A stretch of DNA of 64,000 nucleotides from Eledone cirrhosa. Taxonomy: Eukaryota. The position numbers and the translations under genes are program-made. A model generated the notes under the pieces. It was not told the origin of the DNA, did not search any database, and was given only the letters and a program-made list of their open reading frames with translations. The first letter of the stretch is position 1, and each line of letters begins with the position of its first letter. Below are positions 61,431-64,000 of this stretch, piece by piece. Location: NCBI GenBank assembly GCA_964016885.1, contig OZ024745.1:87916001-87980000 (forward strand), read 5' to 3'.

Positions 61431-63522
61431 TGTAGCGGTTGTCTCCCTTGTTTTGATTGGGATCTAGACGGGAGGTGGAACCCTTTCTGCAACTTCCGGT
61501 CAGAGCCCTATAAAACTAACAACTTTAAGCTTCCTTTCTCTCTTTGCCTTTTCGGCACCTGGTCAAGAGCCTCTCATTTGGCTCTGCCATTAATTTGGCC
61601 AACAGGCGCCTGGCGTTAGCCAGGCGCCCTCTGCCAGCCGCGTTTGCCTGGCAATCAAAACGGTAACTACTAACTTTGTTTCATTCTAACATCTATCTTT
61701 GACATGTCAAGTATACTATCTACCGTTAATTAAATATTATACACACAAACCATGTCTCGTTTTGTTACATTCATACAACCCAGTATCCTCGCTATATTGG
61801 TAACCCTGACGTGATACGAACACGCAGCCGTTCATCGCTATAAGTGGTCACCCCCCCCCCAAAAAAATAAAAAAATAGCACATCTGGTTTTGTGAGTAAC
61901 ATTACGAATACACAGCAAATTTAGCGACAAACAATGAAACTACTCAAGGACACGCACACACGCACATGTGTAATTCGCACAGACATACTTTTTCTCTCAC
62001 GCATCAATTAACTGTCGCATTTCACCAATATATATATATATGTTTCTCGTTTCTTACAACGAACACTTTCAAAACAAAAAAAAACATTTCACGATATATA
62101 TATATATATGTTTCTCGTTTCTTACAACGAAATCTTTCAAAACACAAAAAAAAAAGAAATTTGATATTCTTTAAATAACATTTCAACAGGAACATTTATT
62201 TTCGATGAACCTTTGCCTTTTTGTTCATCGTTTTCTTCATCGTTCAATTTTTTTTTTTTTTTTTTCCCCAAAGTTCACACCAATAATTATGCTGATTGAA
62301 GCCTTTCTTTTTCATCATTGTCACTTTCAACATTGCACTATCATTTTCTCGCGCGTTAGAAATATTATTTTTTTTCAACCTTGTATTGGCACGTGTAGGC
62401 AGCACAAATTCTCGATTCACAGAGATGTCTCTACTCACAGACAGCCGCACGCCATTTATCACCAGGGATTCTTCAGCCTTAAGCTATATTCTTCTATTTG
62501 CCGGTTTATAAATTTACAATGTAAATTTACAGTTGATAACCGCGCATTTATTAAGAATGCTTATTTCTCTGGTCGCTGGCCTCTTGACCCTTCCAGGTCA
62601 ACGCATTCTCAACATCGACCATCAACTTCGGCTGCTATTTCTAGCACTTTGCGCAACTCATTTTTTCTAAATAAATTTTTTTTACTGTGAATTTAAACAC
62701 CGAATACGCTCACTCAGCGAGACAACAGCAGCAGCAACAGCAATACATCAATACAGCTTCACCAAAGCCAGAGAATTCATTTTTGCAGCACTCTTCCTGT
62801 GAGAAAATCCATTCGGAGGTTGGAAATTTCACGATATACCACAGAACAGAAACCACCTGCATTCATTCTCTGGAACACACTTTCTTTCCTGCTGTCATGT
62901 GATTGCACACCTGTGAACTATATTTTGAACTTTGAGCTCTTCTATTACTTTTACTTTATTACATTGTATCTTTGGGTGATGGATAGATGGATGTCCAGTC
63001 GTTCTCTGGCCAAGAGCGGTTGGCTACCTTGATATCTATCATTGATTTTTCCAAACATTCTTTTGTCGTACTTTTCATGCCTGTTACAACATTCTCGCCA
63101 ACTTGCTACATATTTTCATTTCGATTTTTATACACTAAAATTCTGGCGGGAGGTTATGTAGCGGTTGTCTCCCTTGTTTTGATTGGGATCTAGACGGGAG
63201 GTGGAACCCTTTCTGCAACTTCCGGTCAGAGCCCTATAAAACTAACAACTTTAAGCTTCCTTTCTCTCTTTGCCTTTTCGGCACCTGGTCAAGAGCCTCT
63301 CATTTGGCTCTGCCATTAATTTGGCCAACAGGCGCCTGGCGTTAGCCAGGCGCCCTCTGCCAGCCGCGTTTGCCTGGCAATCAAAACGGTAACTACTAAC
63401 TTTGTTTCATTCTAACATCTATCTTTGACATGTCAAGTATACTATCTACCGTTAATTAAATATTATACACACAAACCATGTCTCGTTTTGTTACATTCAT
63501 ACAACCCAGTATCCTCGCTATA
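61431..63522 (+). mobile_element. Non-autonomous LTR retroelement (TRIM/LARD-like) with 366-bp LTRs
   Basis: LTRs 61431-61796 and 63157-63522 look identical, TGTAGCG...CGCTATA; PBS TGGTAACCCTGACGTGAT; purine tract GGCGGGAGG before the 3' LTR; TSD aatt/actt. Confidence 0.9.
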
Positions 63523-64000
63523 ACTTGTTTGCTGTAATCGCCCTCTGCGCCGCCGCTGACGTGGTATGGCGACCGAGGCGACTACTCTTTTTAGGTGGCA
63601 TTGTATGTGAAAATGAAAGGGTGAAAGTTACTTCTACAGCAAAATTGCCTTTGAAAGTATAAGGCTGAAAACTGTCTGCGTTGCGCAGGGGGAAATGGGA
63701 GAACGAACGGCAAATAAATAACTCACAGTTTGTTGAAAGCGCGCTTCTGTCAGCAATTTGAAGTTGTTTGGCCAAAAATCCCTATGTGGTTTTTTTTTTC
63801 CACTCAATAAACGTGTAAATATGTTATACACAAAATGTAATTGTGTGTGAGTTGGATGATAGATGTTTTAAAAAAAGATTTTAAGCGTATATAAGAGATT
63901 GTTGAATAAATTTATCTGTTGCTTTTGAATAATTGTAGTTTGGTATAAAATGTAAGCGTCATGTATTTAATGTTTGTCTCTGTATCTCACTATTTAGCTC

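Larger units (their letters stand above)
56075..63898 (-). mobile_element. Autonomous Helitron (decayed), interrupted by an LTR element; 5' end tentative
   Basis: 3' hairpin gaccccgagcaacgcagggc + CTAG|T at 56075; RepHel ORF pieces; candidate A|TC at 63898. Confidence 0.9.

Noticed and set aside
62205-62690. 161-aa ORF inside the LTR element as gag
   Set aside because: No CCHC, protease, RT or integrase motif; low-complexity start.

Overview
Eukaryotic, AT-rich, microsatellite-laden DNA. The (TA)n/(CA)n/(GA)n load and Nin/Deu-type SINEs suggest a cephalopod such as octopus (inference). No host gene can be confidently called; the window is almost entirely nested transposons. It holds at least six Penelope-like element (PLE) relics, including a near-full-length RT + GIY-YIG copy inside a multi-kb inverted duplication. 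It also holds three L1/Tx1-like LINE copies all sitting in (ATCT)n, a decayed autonomous Helitron interrupted by a young non-autonomous LTR element, non-autonomous Helitrons, SINEs and an hAT MITE. The main discovery, read by eye, is about 25 intact or degenerate type I hammerhead ribozyme (HHR) motifs from about ten sequence families. Each reads CUGANGA...GAAA, short usually palindromic stem III, UH, closed by stem I, often with a greatly enlarged stem II. They lie in PLE termini and in non-coding 460-690 bp repeats arranged as tandem copies, usually preceded by an inverted partial copy. The clearest is a 547-bp, more than 5-unit array at 18.9-22.1 kb. This looks like a PLE-mobilised retrozyme (self-cleaving, potentially circular RNA) system. 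Structures were paired manually; no folding or database search was run.
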